This document shows positions 10,765 through 21,253 of a stretch of DNA of 64,000 bases, in pieces. Both the position numbers and the translations under genes were made by a program. The DNA is from an uncultured Chloroflexia bacterium. GTDB lineage: Bacteria > Chloroflexota > Limnocylindria > Limnocylindrales > CSP1-4. The notes beneath the pieces are model-generated. The model saw only the letters and a program-made list of their open reading frames with translations. It was not told the origin of the DNA and did not search any database. The stretch lies in the NCBI GenBank assembly GCA_963823925.1, contig CAWGNI010000007.1, positions 219,333 through 283,332 of the forward strand, written 5' to 3'. The number at the start of each line of letters is the position of its first letter. Positions within the stretch are counted from its first letter, which is position 1.

Positions 10765-11715
10765 GCCGAGGAGCGGTGCTCGTCGGAGCGCTGCTCGTCA
10801 CGATCGCCCGGCCGACCACCTGGCCGCTGGCCCTCGCGGCCTTCCTGCTGCGCGGCGGCGCCCTGGTCTTCCTCATCCCCATCGTCGTCCTGCCGACCCC
10901 GGCGGGTCTGGGCGATGTCCTGGGCCCGACGCTGACGGAGATCGCCTTCGGGAGCCTGCCGGCCGGTGCGATCGTCGCTGGATCGGGGATCGCGATCGGA
11001 CTCGTGGTCATCGTCGGGCTGGCCGCCTGGTCGGCGGCCGCACTCGAGGGTGAAGGGGTGCGGATCGTGGCCGCAGACGAGGATGTCGCCGGTCCGGGTG
11101 CCGGTCCGGCCGAGCCGATGACGATGGCCCTGGCGGCTCGGGTGACGGCAGCCCGACTCGTGGCGAACATCCCGTTGGCTGTGGCGCTCGCCTGGGGTTC
11201 GGTCCGTTTGATCGCGTTGACCTACGCCGAACTCACCAGCCCATCGGATATCGGCACGCCGATCGTCGCTCGCGTCCTGCTCGGTGCGCCCGAGGTGCTC
11301 GTGCTGGTCGGTCTGGCCTGGATGTTCGGCCAGATCGCGGGTGCCCTCAGCGCGCGGCGAGTCGTGCTGGCGGGTGACGGCGTGGCCAGGGGGTCGGGCG
11401 CGGGACTGGCGATCGGCGTACGACGCCCACTTTCGACCCTGGCCCGCTTCTGGATCCCGACCGTTCGTCCTTCTCGTCGTCCTGGTCCCATCGGTACTGG
11501 CCGCGAGCGCGGGCTGGCGGGCCGTATCGGTCGCCCTGGGCGATCCCGTCGATCCGATCGAGATCCTCGTCAGCGTCCTGACATTCGTCGTCCTGTGGGC
11601 CGTCGGGCTCCTCCTCACCGCGGTCGTCTGCGCCTGGCGGTCGGCCGTGTGGACCGTCGCCGAGGTCGCCACGGAAGGGGACGTTCGGGGGGTCCGTGGA
11701 CAGCCGACCGGGTGA
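10761..11715 (+). pseudogene. Polytopic membrane protein, unknown function, one frame change near 11458-11468
   Basis: Hydrophobic helices run through ORF 10761 up to ...STLARFWIPT. They continue FVLLVVLVPSVLAASAGWRAV...LLLTAVVCAWRSAVWTVAEV in the frame of ORF 11284. The GTGA start overlaps the UPF0182 stop. Confidence 0.6.
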
Positions 11716-11787
11716 CTGGCGCGTCGGACGACCGTCTGCGAACGTGTGACGGTCGGCCCGATCCGGGTCAAGCCGGCGAGGTGGAAC

Positions 11788-12691
11788 ATGACGACGAAGA
11801 CCATCGAATGCGCCGAGTGCGGGGCATCCATCGCCTATGGGCGGTTGTCCTGCCCTGACTGCGGGTCGCTCCTCGCATCCGTCGCGGGCCAGCGCACGCG
11901 GTCGACGGTCACCCTGCCCCCGCCCCCGCCCACGCCGGCGGTCGAGCAGCGCCCGCCCCCGTCCCCGGTCGACGCTGCCTGCCGATGGAACGGATGAGCT
12001 TGCGGCCGTCGATACCGGCGGCGACGCGCCGGCCGTGGCCCCTGCGCCGAACGCCTCCTCCGCCGGATCGAATCTGCCACCGCCATCGGTCCTCGCTTCG
12101 CCACCTCCGAGCTTCTACCGCCGGCCGACCTTCGCGGCGGCGACGGCGACGACAGCGGCCCCGCAGTGGCCGAACCAGCCGCCGACGGCGACCGCGACGG
12201 CGACGGAGCCGGACCCGACCACGGACCAGGTCGTTGCCGAGACCACCGGCCGACCGGCACCATGGGCAGCGACCCTCGAACCGGAACGTGTCCTCGAGAT
12301 CGCCGGCTGGTTCGTGCTCGCCGGCGCGGCCCTGTCGACGCTCGGCTTCCTGCTGCCCTGGTCGCGGATCGTCATCGGCGCTGGTGACTATGGCGGCTAC
12401 CTCAGCACCTGGGGACTCGCCAGCCCGACCCACCTGTTCGTATTCCTCGCGATCCTCGGGGTGCTCACCCTGGCGGTCGTCCCGACGCCCGTGCCCGCCT
12501 GGATCGGAGCGGGGATCGCCGGCCTCACCCTTGGGGCGCTCCTCATCGGACTGAGCTGGCCATATATGGTCGGACCCCTCGGCGCGGACCTTGGCGTGCG
12601 GGTCGTCGGGCTCGGTGGCCTCTCGCTCATCGTCGGGGGCGTCCTGGCATCGTGGTCGTCGCGTCACGTGGAGACCGGACCGCCCGTCTGA
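11788..12691 (+). pseudogene. Zinc-ribbon protein with Pro-rich linker and C-terminal multi-TM domain, one frame change near 11960-11990
   Basis: MTTKTIECAECGASIAYGRLSCPDCGSLL (GAGGTGG before ATG 11788), then a Pro-rich stretch. The TM region EIAGWFVLAGAALSTLGFLLPW...LIVGGVLASW is in the frame of ORF 11837. Confidence 0.6.
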
Positions 12692-12806
12692 CGCTCCGGG
12701 GCCCGCGGGACACCTGAACGGCCCCTGCTACACTGCCTCGAGCGAATCGGGCCCGGCCCGAGTCGGACTCGGTCAGGTACGGGCCCACGGAGGCGCACCC
12801 AGGCGC

Positions 12807-13328
12807 ATGGATCAGATCCTCCCGCAGATCGGCGAGTCGCTCAGCGGCTTCTTTCAAAGCTCACCCGTGCAGTTCGGTCTGCGAGCGATCGGGATCTACC
12901 TCGTCGTCATCTGGCTGGCAGCCGCCTACTGGGCGTTCCGCGACATGCAGCAACGGTCGGACAACGCGATCCTGCCGTACCTTGCCGCCGCCGGGATCAT
13001 CCTGTTCACCCCGATCTTCTTCATCTTCGCGGTCTGGATCTACAAGATCGTCCGGCCGCACGAGAAGATCGGTGAGGTCTGGGAGCGGAACCTCGCGGAA
13101 GAAGCGCTGCTCGCGGAGGTGGAGTCGATCCACCATTGCCCCGGCTGCGATCGGCGGATCGACGACGAATGGATCATCTGCCCCGGCTGCCGGACCCGGC
13201 TGAAGCGAGTCTGCCCGAACTGCAGCCGCCTGGTGGGCATGGACTGGTCGCTGTGCGCCTGGTGCGGCAAGGATTTCGAGCGTCGCGAGGCGCCGGCCGC
13301 GATCGAGGCGCTGCCCGCCGAGCCTTGA
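12807..13328 (+). CDS. Membrane protein with C-terminal double zinc ribbon
   Basis: Two TM helices (GLRAIGIYLVVIWLAAAYWAF, LAAAGIILFTPIFFIFAVWIY), then CPGCDRRIDDEWIICPGCRTRLKRVCPNCSRLVGMDWSLCAWCG. ATG 12807 lies inside ORF 12591. Confidence 0.7.
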   Translation: MDQILPQIGESLSGFFQSSPVQFGLRAIGIYLVVIWLAAAYWAFRDMQQRSDNAILPYLAAAGIILFTPIFFIFAVWIYKIVRPHEKIGEVWERNLAEEALLAEVESIHHCPGCDRRIDDEWIICPGCRTRLKRVCPNCSRLVGMDWSLCAWCGKDFERREAPAAIEALPAEP

Positions 13329-13493
13329 GGAGACCGGCCGGATCGCCTTTGCCCAGGAGCCGATGCCCACCGCGATCACCGGGCCCAAGCCAAGAGCGAG
13401 CCGATCGCCCGCGCGCAACCCGACGCGATCGCAGACACGGGCCGGCACCGCGTCCGCCCCGGCGTCCGCCCCGCAGGATCCGCTGCCCGAGCG

Positions 13494-14537
13494 TTGAACC
13501 CGCCGGACCTTCCCTCGGACCCTGGCGGGGATCTTCTTCCTGCGGACACGCGAGCGGACGCCGACACGCACACGGATGCCGTGGCGCGCCCCGGGTCGGG
13601 CACCTTCACGATCGAAGGACGGTCGGCACCCGGCCTGTTCGTCGTCGGCTGGCTCGCAACCCTCGTCGGGTTCGGGCTCATCGTCGTCGCGTTCCTGACC
13701 CAGAACCCCGGCGCCAGTCCGATCCTGCTCCTGCTGGGCGTCCTCATCCTGGCGGTGGGTCTCATCGCCGGCGCCGGGTCCCAGGGCATCGAGCGGCGCG
13801 CCCGCGGCGGACGGCCGTACCTGGGACCCTCTCCGTTCCTGGTCCTGGCGGCGTCCGTCCCGGTGGCCGTGCTGGCCGTGGTCCTGGTGAGCCTGCCGTT
13901 CCTTCTGCTCGGCGTTCCCCTTGACGGCGCCTTCGGGGCCCTGCTGTCGGTCGGGATCCAGGCGGTCGTGTACGTCGGACTCGTTCGGCTGCTCGTCGTC
14001 GACACCGGGGCGCTCGACTGGCGGGCGATGGGGGTGTCCCGCCTGGACCGTCGTGCGGCGGTCGAGATGATCGGCGGGGCCGCCTGGGCGCTGCCGGTGA
14101 TCGTCGTCACCGCCGTGCTCGCCTCGCTCCTGCTCTACGCGGTACCGGTGGAACCGGTCAGCCCTCTGCCACCGACCGGCACGGCGGCCGGCTTCGCCCT
14201 GTCGCTGGTCGCGGGAGCCCTCGTCGCGCCGCTGGGCGAGGAACTGTTGTTCCGCGGTTTCGCGACCACGGCATGGGTCCGCGGTCGCGGGCTGGCCCAG
14301 GGCGTCATCATCGGCGCCATCGTGTTCGCGTTCGCCCATGTGTTGACCGTGGCCGGAAGCTCGGCCGGGGAGGCGTCGGGGCAGGCGCTCGTCGCGTTCA
14401 TCGGTCGACTGCCCGTTGCCCTCGCCCTGGGCTGGATCTTCGTCCGCCGGGGCACGATCTGGGCGTCCTTCGGGTTGCATGCCACCTTCAACGGGATCCT
14501 GTTGGTCATCGCCGAGGTCGCGGCTCGCTCAAGCTGA
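13494..14537 (+). CDS. CPBP family intramembrane glutamic endopeptidase (CAAX protease-like)
   Basis: Motifs GEELLFRG, FAFAH and FGLHATFN in a polytopic protein. TTG start. Confidence 0.8.
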   Translation: MNPPDLPSDPGGDLLPADTRADADTHTDAVARPGSGTFTIEGRSAPGLFVVGWLATLVGFGLIVVAFLTQNPGASPILLLLGVLILAVGLIAGAGSQGIERRARGGRPYLGPSPFLVLAASVPVAVLAVVLVSLPFLLLGVPLDGAFGALLSVGIQAVVYVGLVRLLVVDTGALDWRAMGVSRLDRRAAVEMIGGAAWALPVIVVTAVLASLLLYAVPVEPVSPLPPTGTAAGFALSLVAGALVAPLGEELLFRGFATTAWVRGRGLAQGVIIGAIVFAFAHVLTVAGSSAGEASGQALVAFIGRLPVALALGWIFVRRGTIWASFGLHATFNGILLVIAEVAARSS

Positions 14538-14710
14538 TGACGTCGGGTGCACCAGAGGGTGAGTCGCGGGTGACGGCGCGCCGGTAGGCTCCGCATCGTC
14601 CTCAGGGTCCGGACGGCGGAGGGAATCGGCGGGCTTCCGTCGTTCGGGCCCGGGGACGCCTCGGTCCAGTCGCTCCGTTCCGGCGGACACGGACCGCCAT
14701 TGGTCGTGCG

Positions 14711-15496
14711 ATGCTGCGGAGATCGAGCGTGCGGGATGGGACGGATCCGCCGATGGCCCGACTTCGTCAGCGGCCGAGATCGATCAGCGACGTCCCGCCG
14801 GACGACCGGCCACGCGAACGCCTGGCGGCCCGCGGCGCCGGCGGCCTCACATCGGCCGAGCTGATCGCGCTGGTCTGGGGCGCCGGGACGCGCGGCCTGG
14901 GCGCCCTGGACCTGGCGGATGAGGCGTTGGCCCGCCACGACGGCCTCGCCGGCCTGAGTCGCGCGAGTGAGGCGGAACTCATGGACCTGCCCGGTGTCGG
15001 GACGGTAAAGGCAGCCCAGCTCACGGCGTCGTTCGAACTCGGGCGCCGTCTCGTCGCCGACTGGCCGACCGGGCGGTGGGTCATCCGCGGCCCGGCCGAC
15101 GTCGCCGACCGGCTCATGCCGGTGATGGGCCACCTCGAGCGTGAGGAGCTTCGAGTCGTCCTCCTCAACACGAAGAACGCGGTCCTGCGGACGGTGACCG
15201 TCTACCAGGGCAACGTGTCCGCAGCCCTGGTCAGGGTGGGCGAGTTGTTTCGCGATGCGGTCCGGTCGAGTGCCGCCGGCGTCATCCTCGTCCACAACCA
15301 TCCGTCGGGGGACCCCACCCCCTCGCCGGACGATCTGCACTTGACGGCGGAGGCGCTGGCCGCGGGCCGACTGCTCGATATCCAGCTACTCGACCATCTC
15401 GTGATCGGGCACGACGCCTACGTCTCGCTCAGAGACCGGGGTGTCGCCTTCGACCGGCCGGGTCCGGCGGACCGGGCGGCTGACCGACCGACCTGA
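14711..15496 (+). CDS. radC: RadC-family JAB/MPN domain protein
   Basis: PRERLAARGAGGLTSAELIALVWG, HhH LMDLPGVGTVKAAQL, and the JAMM motif ILVHNHPSGDPTPSPDD. The alternative start ATG 14753 (MARLRQ) is possible. Confidence 0.85.
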   Translation: MLRRSSVRDGTDPPMARLRQRPRSISDVPPDDRPRERLAARGAGGLTSAELIALVWGAGTRGLGALDLADEALARHDGLAGLSRASEAELMDLPGVGTVKAAQLTASFELGRRLVADWPTGRWVIRGPADVADRLMPVMGHLEREELRVVLLNTKNAVLRTVTVYQGNVSAALVRVGELFRDAVRSSAAGVILVHNHPSGDPTPSPDDLHLTAEALAAGRLLDIQLLDHLVIGHDAYVSLRDRGVAFDRPGPADRAADRPT

Positions 15497-15692
15497 CCAT
15501 CCTCCCTGGGGGCGCCCGATGGATCGATCGACCTGCCCGGCCGAACCGGGGCGACCGGGTATACTGCCCCGGCTGCCCGCCCCGAGCCCGGCTGGATCCG
15601 CGCGAACCGCCAGACATCGGCGTCGCCCGCGTCGGTCACCAGCGCCAGCGATCCACGTACCCACAACCTGACGATGAAGGACCCGCCCCCTC

Positions 15693-16745
15693 ATGCTCGA
15701 CCGGATCCTCGGCCTCTTCTCCCGCGATATCGGCATCGACCTCGGCACCGCCAATACGCTCGTCCATGTTCGCGACCGAGGGATCGTCATGAGTGAGCCG
15801 TCGGTGGTCGCCATCGATGCCAAGACGAAGCGCGTCCTGGCCGTCGGTGCGGAGGCCAAGCGGATGGTCGGTCGGACCCCGGCCAACATCATCGCGGTCC
15901 GTCCGCTGCGGGACGGGGTCATCAGCGACTTCGACGTGACCGAGCAGATGATCAAGTACTTCGTCGACAAGGTCCACGACCGGGTGGGCACGATCGCCCG
16001 CCCTCGGATGCTCCTGGGCATCCCGTCGGGCGTGACCGAGGTCGAGAAGCGCGCGGTCCGTGACGCCGCCCTCAACGCCGGAGCACGCTGGGCCGGCCTG
16101 ATCGAGGAGCCGATGGCGGCCGCCATCGGCGCCGGCCTTCCGGTGAGCGAACCGTCGGGCTCCCTGATCGTGGACATCGGTGGCGGGACGACGGAGGTCG
16201 CGGTCATCAGCCTCGGCGGCATCGTCGTCAGTCGGAGCATCCGGATCGGCGGGGACGAGATGGACCAGGACATCGTCACGTTCGCTCGACGCGAGTACAA
16301 CCTCTTCCTCGGCGAGCGGACCGCGGAGGACATCAAGATCGCCATCGGCTCGGCCTACCCCGGCGAATGGGACGCGCAACGGGTCGCGCTGCGGGGCCGT
16401 GACCTGCTCACCGGTCTGCCGCGCTCGGTCGAGGTCGGCGCCGACCAGATCCGCGAAGCCATCGAGCCGTCAGTCCAGCAGATCGTCGATACGGTCAAGG
16501 ACACGATCGAGGAGACCCCGCCGGAGTTGGTCGCCGACATCATGGACCAGGGGATCGTGCTCGCCGGTGGCGGTGCCCTGCTGGCGGGGTTGGACCGGCG
16601 CGTCGCCGAGGCGACCCAGATGCCGGTCCACATCGCGGACGACCCGCTGACCTGCGTCGCCCGGGGTACCGGCGTGGTCCTCCAGGACCTCGATCGGATG
16701 GGGCGGGTCCTCGTGTCCGAGACCTATTCGCGTCCTCCGCGCTGA
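15693..16745 (+). CDS. mreB: Rod shape-determining protein MreB
   Basis: DIGIDLGTANTLV...VVAIDAKTKRVLAVGAEAKRMVGRTP...IVDIGGGTTEVAVISLGGIV; a full-length actin-like ATPase. Confidence 0.95.
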   Translation: MLDRILGLFSRDIGIDLGTANTLVHVRDRGIVMSEPSVVAIDAKTKRVLAVGAEAKRMVGRTPANIIAVRPLRDGVISDFDVTEQMIKYFVDKVHDRVGTIARPRMLLGIPSGVTEVEKRAVRDAALNAGARWAGLIEEPMAAAIGAGLPVSEPSGSLIVDIGGGTTEVAVISLGGIVVSRSIRIGGDEMDQDIVTFARREYNLFLGERTAEDIKIAIGSAYPGEWDAQRVALRGRDLLTGLPRSVEVGADQIREAIEPSVQQIVDTVKDTIEETPPELVADIMDQGIVLAGGGALLAGLDRRVAEATQMPVHIADDPLTCVARGTGVVLQDLDRMGRVLVSETYSRPPR

Positions 16746-16765
16746 GCGACCCGGGCTGGACGAGC

Positions 16766-17723
16766 ATGGATCCCCTTCTCGCTACTCGCGCCGCCCGCCG
16801 GCGATGGCTGGCATTCACGATCCTGCTGGTCGTGAGCGTCATGCTCATGGCCTTCTCCTCGAACCCGGCCGTTCGCGAGATGCAGAACGGGGTGAGCTTC
16901 GCGTTCCGCCCCATCCAGTCGTCGCTCGAGGACGTCGCCCGGGGCGCGTCATCGATCGCGGCCGCGATCACCGAGATCGATCGGCTGCGGACCGACAACA
17001 ACGCCCTTCGGGCGGAGAACGAGCGGCTGAAGTGCGGAAAACCTCCAGTCCCGGGAGGTCCGCCGCGAGAACGAGTCGCTGACGGCGCTCCTCCAACTCC
17101 GTGCCGGGCTGGACTACCAGACCTCCACGGCGACGGTCATCGCCCGGGAGTCGTCCGAGTTCCGGCGCCTGGTCGTGCTCGATCGCGGCACGAACGACGG
17201 GATCGCGGTCGGCGACGTGACGATCACCTCCGGTGGCGCGCTCGCCGGTCGGGTGGTCGAAGTCGGACCGGATACCGCGAAGGTCGTCCTCCTGACCGAC
17301 AGCGAATCGACGGTGGTCGGTCAGCTCGTCTCCAACGCCGCCACCGGTGAGGTCGTCGGCGAACTCGGTGGGGTCCTCCTGATGCGCCAGATCGACGCCG
17401 GCGAGACCATCACGCTCGGGGACGAGGTCGTGACGGCCGGGATCGAACTCGGCGGTGGACTCCGATCGCCATATCCGAAGGGTCTCCTGATCGGGCAGGT
17501 CGTCGACGCGCGGAGTGACGCGAACGACGTCGTCCAGACGGCCTATCTCCAGCCGGCTGCCGACCTCGACAAGCTCGAGTACGTGCTGGTCATCACCGAC
17601 TACGTCGGCGGGCTGCCGGCGATCGAGGACCAGCCGGTCGACTGCGGGTCCGGTGGGGTCCTGCCGCAGGGCGAGCAGCCGTGTCTTGTTCCGGCCTCGC
17701 CCGGCGCCAGCACCGCGCCCTGA
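16766..17723 (+). pseudogene. mreC: Rod shape-determining protein MreC, one frame change near 17025-17040
   Basis: The N-terminal TM plus coiled coil ...EIDRLRTDNNALRAENERLK is in the frame of ORF 16766. It continues ENLQSREVRRENESLTALLQLRAGLDYQTSTATVIARE...VVLDRGTNDGIAVGDVTI...GLLIGQVV in the frame of ORF 17175. Confidence 0.85.
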
Positions 17724-17778
17724 GCGAACACGTGGGCAACGGGATCGGAGCCGACGTCGACTGGTACGCTTCCGCCTG

Positions 17779-18540
17779 ATGAAAGGTATCGTCCTCGCCG
17801 GCGGGACCGCGACCCGGCTCTACCCCTTGACGATCGTCACCAACAAGCACCTGCTGCCGATCTACGACCGGCCGATGATCTACTACCCGATCGAGACGCT
17901 GGCCGGGATGGGGATCCGTGAGGTCATGGTCATCGTCGGCGGCAAGAGCGTCGGGGACGTCGTCGAACTGCTTGCCGACGGCTCGGCCTTCGGGATCGAC
18001 CTGACCTACCGCTACCAGCCGGGCGCGCTCGGGATCGCCCACGCCATCGGTCTCGCCCGAGCCTTCGTCGGCGACGACGCCTTCTGTTGCGTCCTCGGCG
18101 ACAACATCCTGCGCGGACCGGACCTGGCGTCGATCGCGGCTGAGTTCGAGCAGGGCCCGTATGGAGCGGGGACCCTCCTGCACCGCGTCCCCGACCCGGA
18201 GCGGTTCGGCGTCGCCGAACTCGACGCCGATGGACGAGTGGTCGGGTTCGAGGAGAAACCCGCGCGACCCAAGAGCGACCTCATCCCGATCGGGGTCTAC
18301 TTCCTTCGTCCGGACGCTTTCGATGTGATCGACGAATTGCTCCCGTCCGGCCGCGGCGAGTTCGAGATCACCGACGTCCTCAACCACTACGTTCCCGAGG
18401 GCCGCCTGTTCAGCCCGATCTATGACGGCCACTGGACCGATGCCGGGACGGTCCCGTCGCTCCTCCGGGCCGCGGAGCTGGCAGCGGCCGACGATGCCGC
18501 CGGAATCCTGGCCCCGCCGGTCAACCGTTCGCGTGGCTGA
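17779..18540 (+). CDS. rmlA: Glucose-1-phosphate thymidylyltransferase-type sugar nucleotidyltransferase
   Basis: MKGIVLAGGTATRLYPLTIVTNKHLLPIYDRPMIYYPIE...; ATG 17779 inside ORF 17515. It is followed by rmlB/D/C. Confidence 0.85.
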   Translation: MKGIVLAGGTATRLYPLTIVTNKHLLPIYDRPMIYYPIETLAGMGIREVMVIVGGKSVGDVVELLADGSAFGIDLTYRYQPGALGIAHAIGLARAFVGDDAFCCVLGDNILRGPDLASIAAEFEQGPYGAGTLLHRVPDPERFGVAELDADGRVVGFEEKPARPKSDLIPIGVYFLRPDAFDVIDELLPSGRGEFEITDVLNHYVPEGRLFSPIYDGHWTDAGTVPSLLRAAELAAADDAAGILAPPVNRSRG

Positions 18541-18543
18541 TCG

Positions 18544-19647
18544 GTGGACGCGGTCGACCGGTCGTTCGATCGCCTCCTCGTCACCGGCGGCGCCGGGTTC
18601 ATCGGTTCGGCCTTCGTGCGCGACGTCCTCGGCCGCCGCGACGGCACGAGGATCACGGTCCTCGACAAGCTCACCTACGCCGGCAACGAGGCCAACCTGG
18701 CGCCGATCCGGGCCGACCCGGAGCTGGCCGGCCGGCTGACCTTCGTCCGCGGCGACATCGCCGATCCGACCGTCGTCGATCCGCTGGTGCAGGGCGTCGA
18801 TGCGGTCCTCAACTTCGCCGCGGAATCGCACGTGGATCGGTCGATCCTCGATCCCGCGGCCTTTCTGACGACAGGGGTCATCGGGGTCCACGTCCTGCTC
18901 GAGGCGTGCCGCCTGGCGCCCGGCCGCCCCCGGTTCCTGCAGGTCTCGACCGACGAGGTCTATGGATCGGTTGACGAGGGACGGGCAGATGAACAGGCGC
19001 CGCTGGCGCCTCGGTCGCCCTATGCCGCGGCCAAGGCGGCCGGCGAACTGCTCGTCCGGAGCTACGTCATCACCCACGGGATCGACGCCGTCGTGACCAG
19101 AGGTTCGAACACGTACGGGCCGTACCATCACCCGGAGAAGCTCATCCCGCTGTTCATCACCAACGCCCTCGACGATCGTCCCTTGCCGCTCTACGGCGAT
19201 GGTCTCCAGCGGCGCGAGTGGCTCTACGTGTCCGACCATGCGGCCGCGATCGACCTGGTCCTGCGGCGGGGCCGCAGCGGTGAGACGTACAACGTGGCCG
19301 GAGCGTCGGAGCGCACCAATCGGGACGTGGTCACCCTGTTGTTGACCCTGCTCGACAAGCCGTGGTCGTTGGTTCGGCAGGTCGACGACCGGCCCGGCCA
19401 TGACCGCCGCTATGCGATGGACGGACGCAAACTCGGGGTGCTCGGGTGGCATCCGACGACGTCGTTCGATGACGGCCTTGCGGCGACCGTGGACTGGTAT
19501 CGAGCCAACGAGGCGTGGTGGCGCGCCACCCGGTCGGGCGATTGGGACGATTGGTATCGGCGCCAGTACGGCCAGCGCCTCGCGACCGGCCAGGCGACGC
19601 CGCCAGGCGCGCCGGAACCATCCGGGCGGGGCGAGGCGGCCAGCTGA
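18544..19647 (+). CDS. rmlB: dTDP-glucose 4,6-dehydratase
   Basis: LLVTGGAGFIGSAFV, DKLTYAGN, STDEVYG, YAAAKAAGELLVRSY (YxxxK). Confidence 0.9.
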   Translation: MDAVDRSFDRLLVTGGAGFIGSAFVRDVLGRRDGTRITVLDKLTYAGNEANLAPIRADPELAGRLTFVRGDIADPTVVDPLVQGVDAVLNFAAESHVDRSILDPAAFLTTGVIGVHVLLEACRLAPGRPRFLQVSTDEVYGSVDEGRADEQAPLAPRSPYAAAKAAGELLVRSYVITHGIDAVVTRGSNTYGPYHHPEKLIPLFITNALDDRPLPLYGDGLQRREWLYVSDHAAAIDLVLRRGRSGETYNVAGASERTNRDVVTLLLTLLDKPWSLVRQVDDRPGHDRRYAMDGRKLGVLGWHPTTSFDDGLAATVDWYRANEAWWRATRSGDWDDWYRRQYGQRLATGQATPPGAPEPSGRGEAAS

Positions 19648-20553
19648 TGCGCGTCGCCGTCACCGGTGCCGGCGGGCGCCTCGGACGCGCGCTGGTCGAC
19701 GCATTGGCCGACGCTCCGTTCACCGGTCCGGCCGGCCCGATCGAGTGGGGCCGGGACACCTTCGACCTTGACGCACCCGAGTCGATCGGAGCGATCCTCG
19801 ACCGGGAGCGCCCGGAGGTCGTCGTCCACTCGGCCGCCTGGACCGATGTCGATGGATGCGCCCTGGACCCGGACCTGGCGATGCGCCGGAACGGGCAGGC
19901 GACCGGCGCCCTCGCGGCCGCCTGCGCACAGCGACGGATCGATCTGCTCGTCATCTCCACGAATGAGGTCTTCGACGGCACGAGGACCGATGGGCAGCCG
20001 TACCACGCGACCGATCCACGCTCGCCGGCAAACCCATATGGTCGATCCAAGGCCGAGGGCGAACGCCAGGCGGAGGATGCCTTCGCCAGTCGACCCGGCG
20101 CAGCACTGGGCATCGCCCGGACGTCGTGGCTGTTCGGTCGCCCCGGAAGCGACTACCCATCCCGGATCCTCGACGCGGCCCTCCGGGCGCGGGAAGCCGG
20201 TGCCGTCCTCCGACTCGTGGACGACGAGTGGGGTACGCCGACGTACGTCGCCGACGTGGCTGAGGCGATCGTCGGACTGCTGGCCGAGGACGCGGTCGCG
20301 GGCATCCACCACCTGGTCAACGGTGGGGTGGCGACGCGCGCGACCTGGGGCCGCGATGTCCTGGCCCGGGCGGGACTCGAGATCGAGACGACGGGCGTGC
20401 CGTCGACGACCTGGGAACGCCCCTCACGACCGCCACGATGGGGGGTCCTTGCCCCGACGCCGGCTGCCCTCCGGGGAACCGATGCGACCGTGGCCGGCGG
20501 CGATGGCCGATTATGCGCCGGCCTTCCTTCGCGCCGTTCGGAGTCGGGCATGA
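19647..20553 (+). pseudogene. rmlD: dTDP-4-dehydrorhamnose reductase, one frame change near 20455-20470
   Basis: MRVAVTGAGGRLGRAL...NPYGRSKAEGE... in the frame of ORF 19515. The C-terminus RLPSGEPMRPWPAAMADYAPAFLRAVRSRA* is in the frame of ORF 19666. TGATG overlap with rmlB. Confidence 0.85.
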
Positions 20554-21107
20554 GCGCGCCACGGCCGCCGTCCGCCCTGCCTGGCGTCGCCTACGGCGCG
20601 ATCGACCGGCATGGCGACGAGCGAGGATCATTCCGGGAGCTCTGGCGCGCGAGCGACCTGCCGGATCGGCGGTTCGTGCAGGCCAATCTGTCGACCTCGG
20701 CGGCCGGCGTCCTGCGCGGTCTCCACCTGCATCGACGCCAGGATGACCTCTGGGTCGTCGCCGAGGGGCGAGCGTTCGTCGCCCTGGTCGATGCGCGTCC
20801 GTTGGTCGCGGGCGTCGGCGACGCAGTGGTCGAGGTGCGCGAGCTCGTGGCGGACGAGTGGGTCGTCATCCCGACCGGCGTGGCCCACGGGTTCCTTGCC
20901 CTCGACCCGCTCCAGCTCATCTACTTCGTCACGAACGAATATGACGGCTCGGACGAGCTGGGTTTTGCGTGGGACGATCCGGCCGTCGGCGTGCCCTGGC
21001 CGACACTGTCCGCGACCCCGGACGGACGGCCGATCCTGTCGCCGCGTGACGCCGCGAACCCGCCACTCGCCGATCTCGCGGTGCGCCTGCGCGACGAGGC
21101 CCTCTGA
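20550..21107 (+). CDS. rmlC: dTDP-4-dehydrorhamnose 3,5-epimerase
   Basis: ATGA overlap with the restored rmlD stop. DERGSFRELW...GVLRGLHLH...WVVIPTGVAHGFLAL...YFVTNEYD cupin motifs. Confidence 0.85.
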   Translation: MSAPRPPSALPGVAYGAIDRHGDERGSFRELWRASDLPDRRFVQANLSTSAAGVLRGLHLHRRQDDLWVVAEGRAFVALVDARPLVAGVGDAVVEVRELVADEWVVIPTGVAHGFLALDPLQLIYFVTNEYDGSDELGFAWDDPAVGVPWPTLSATPDGRPILSPRDAANPPLADLAVRLRDEAL

Positions 21108-21124
21108 CCCGCACCGCACCGTTC

Positions 21125-21144
21125 CCCCCGGCACCGCACGGGGG
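21125..21144 (+). terminator. GC hairpin after rmlC (no U-tract)
   Basis: CCCCCG (21125-21130), 8-nt loop, CGGGGG (21139-21144). Confidence 0.25.
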
Positions 21145-21253
21145 CGATCCGAATGGGCTAGGGGGCCCCGGACCATCCCGCGATTGAGCGTGTCGACCCT
21201 TCTCGCGAGTCTGGTCAGGCCGTCCCTCGACCCCAGCCGACTCGGAGTCCCTG

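Noticed and set aside
12861-14480. Long minus-strand ORF (539 aa). Similar long antisense ORFs occur at 17593..19452, 21317..23101, 45232..46887, 52451..54406 and 54741..56219.
   Set aside because: The products are Arg/Gly/Pro/Asp-rich and low in complexity, with no domain motifs. Each lies exactly opposite a well-supported + strand gene. These are typical shadow ORFs of high-GC DNA.
17724-17778. Expected mreD / pbp2 / rodA after mreC.
   Set aside because: The 55-nt gap is followed directly by rmlA. No MreD-like small hydrophobic ORF is present in any frame.
19515-21107. 530-aa ORF that looks like an RmlD-RmlC fusion protein.
   Set aside because: The genuine RmlD C-terminus (EPMRPWPAAMADYAPAFLRAVRSRA*) is in the +1 frame and ends in an ATGA overlap with the rmlC start at 20550. 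The apparent fusion is produced by a frame change.
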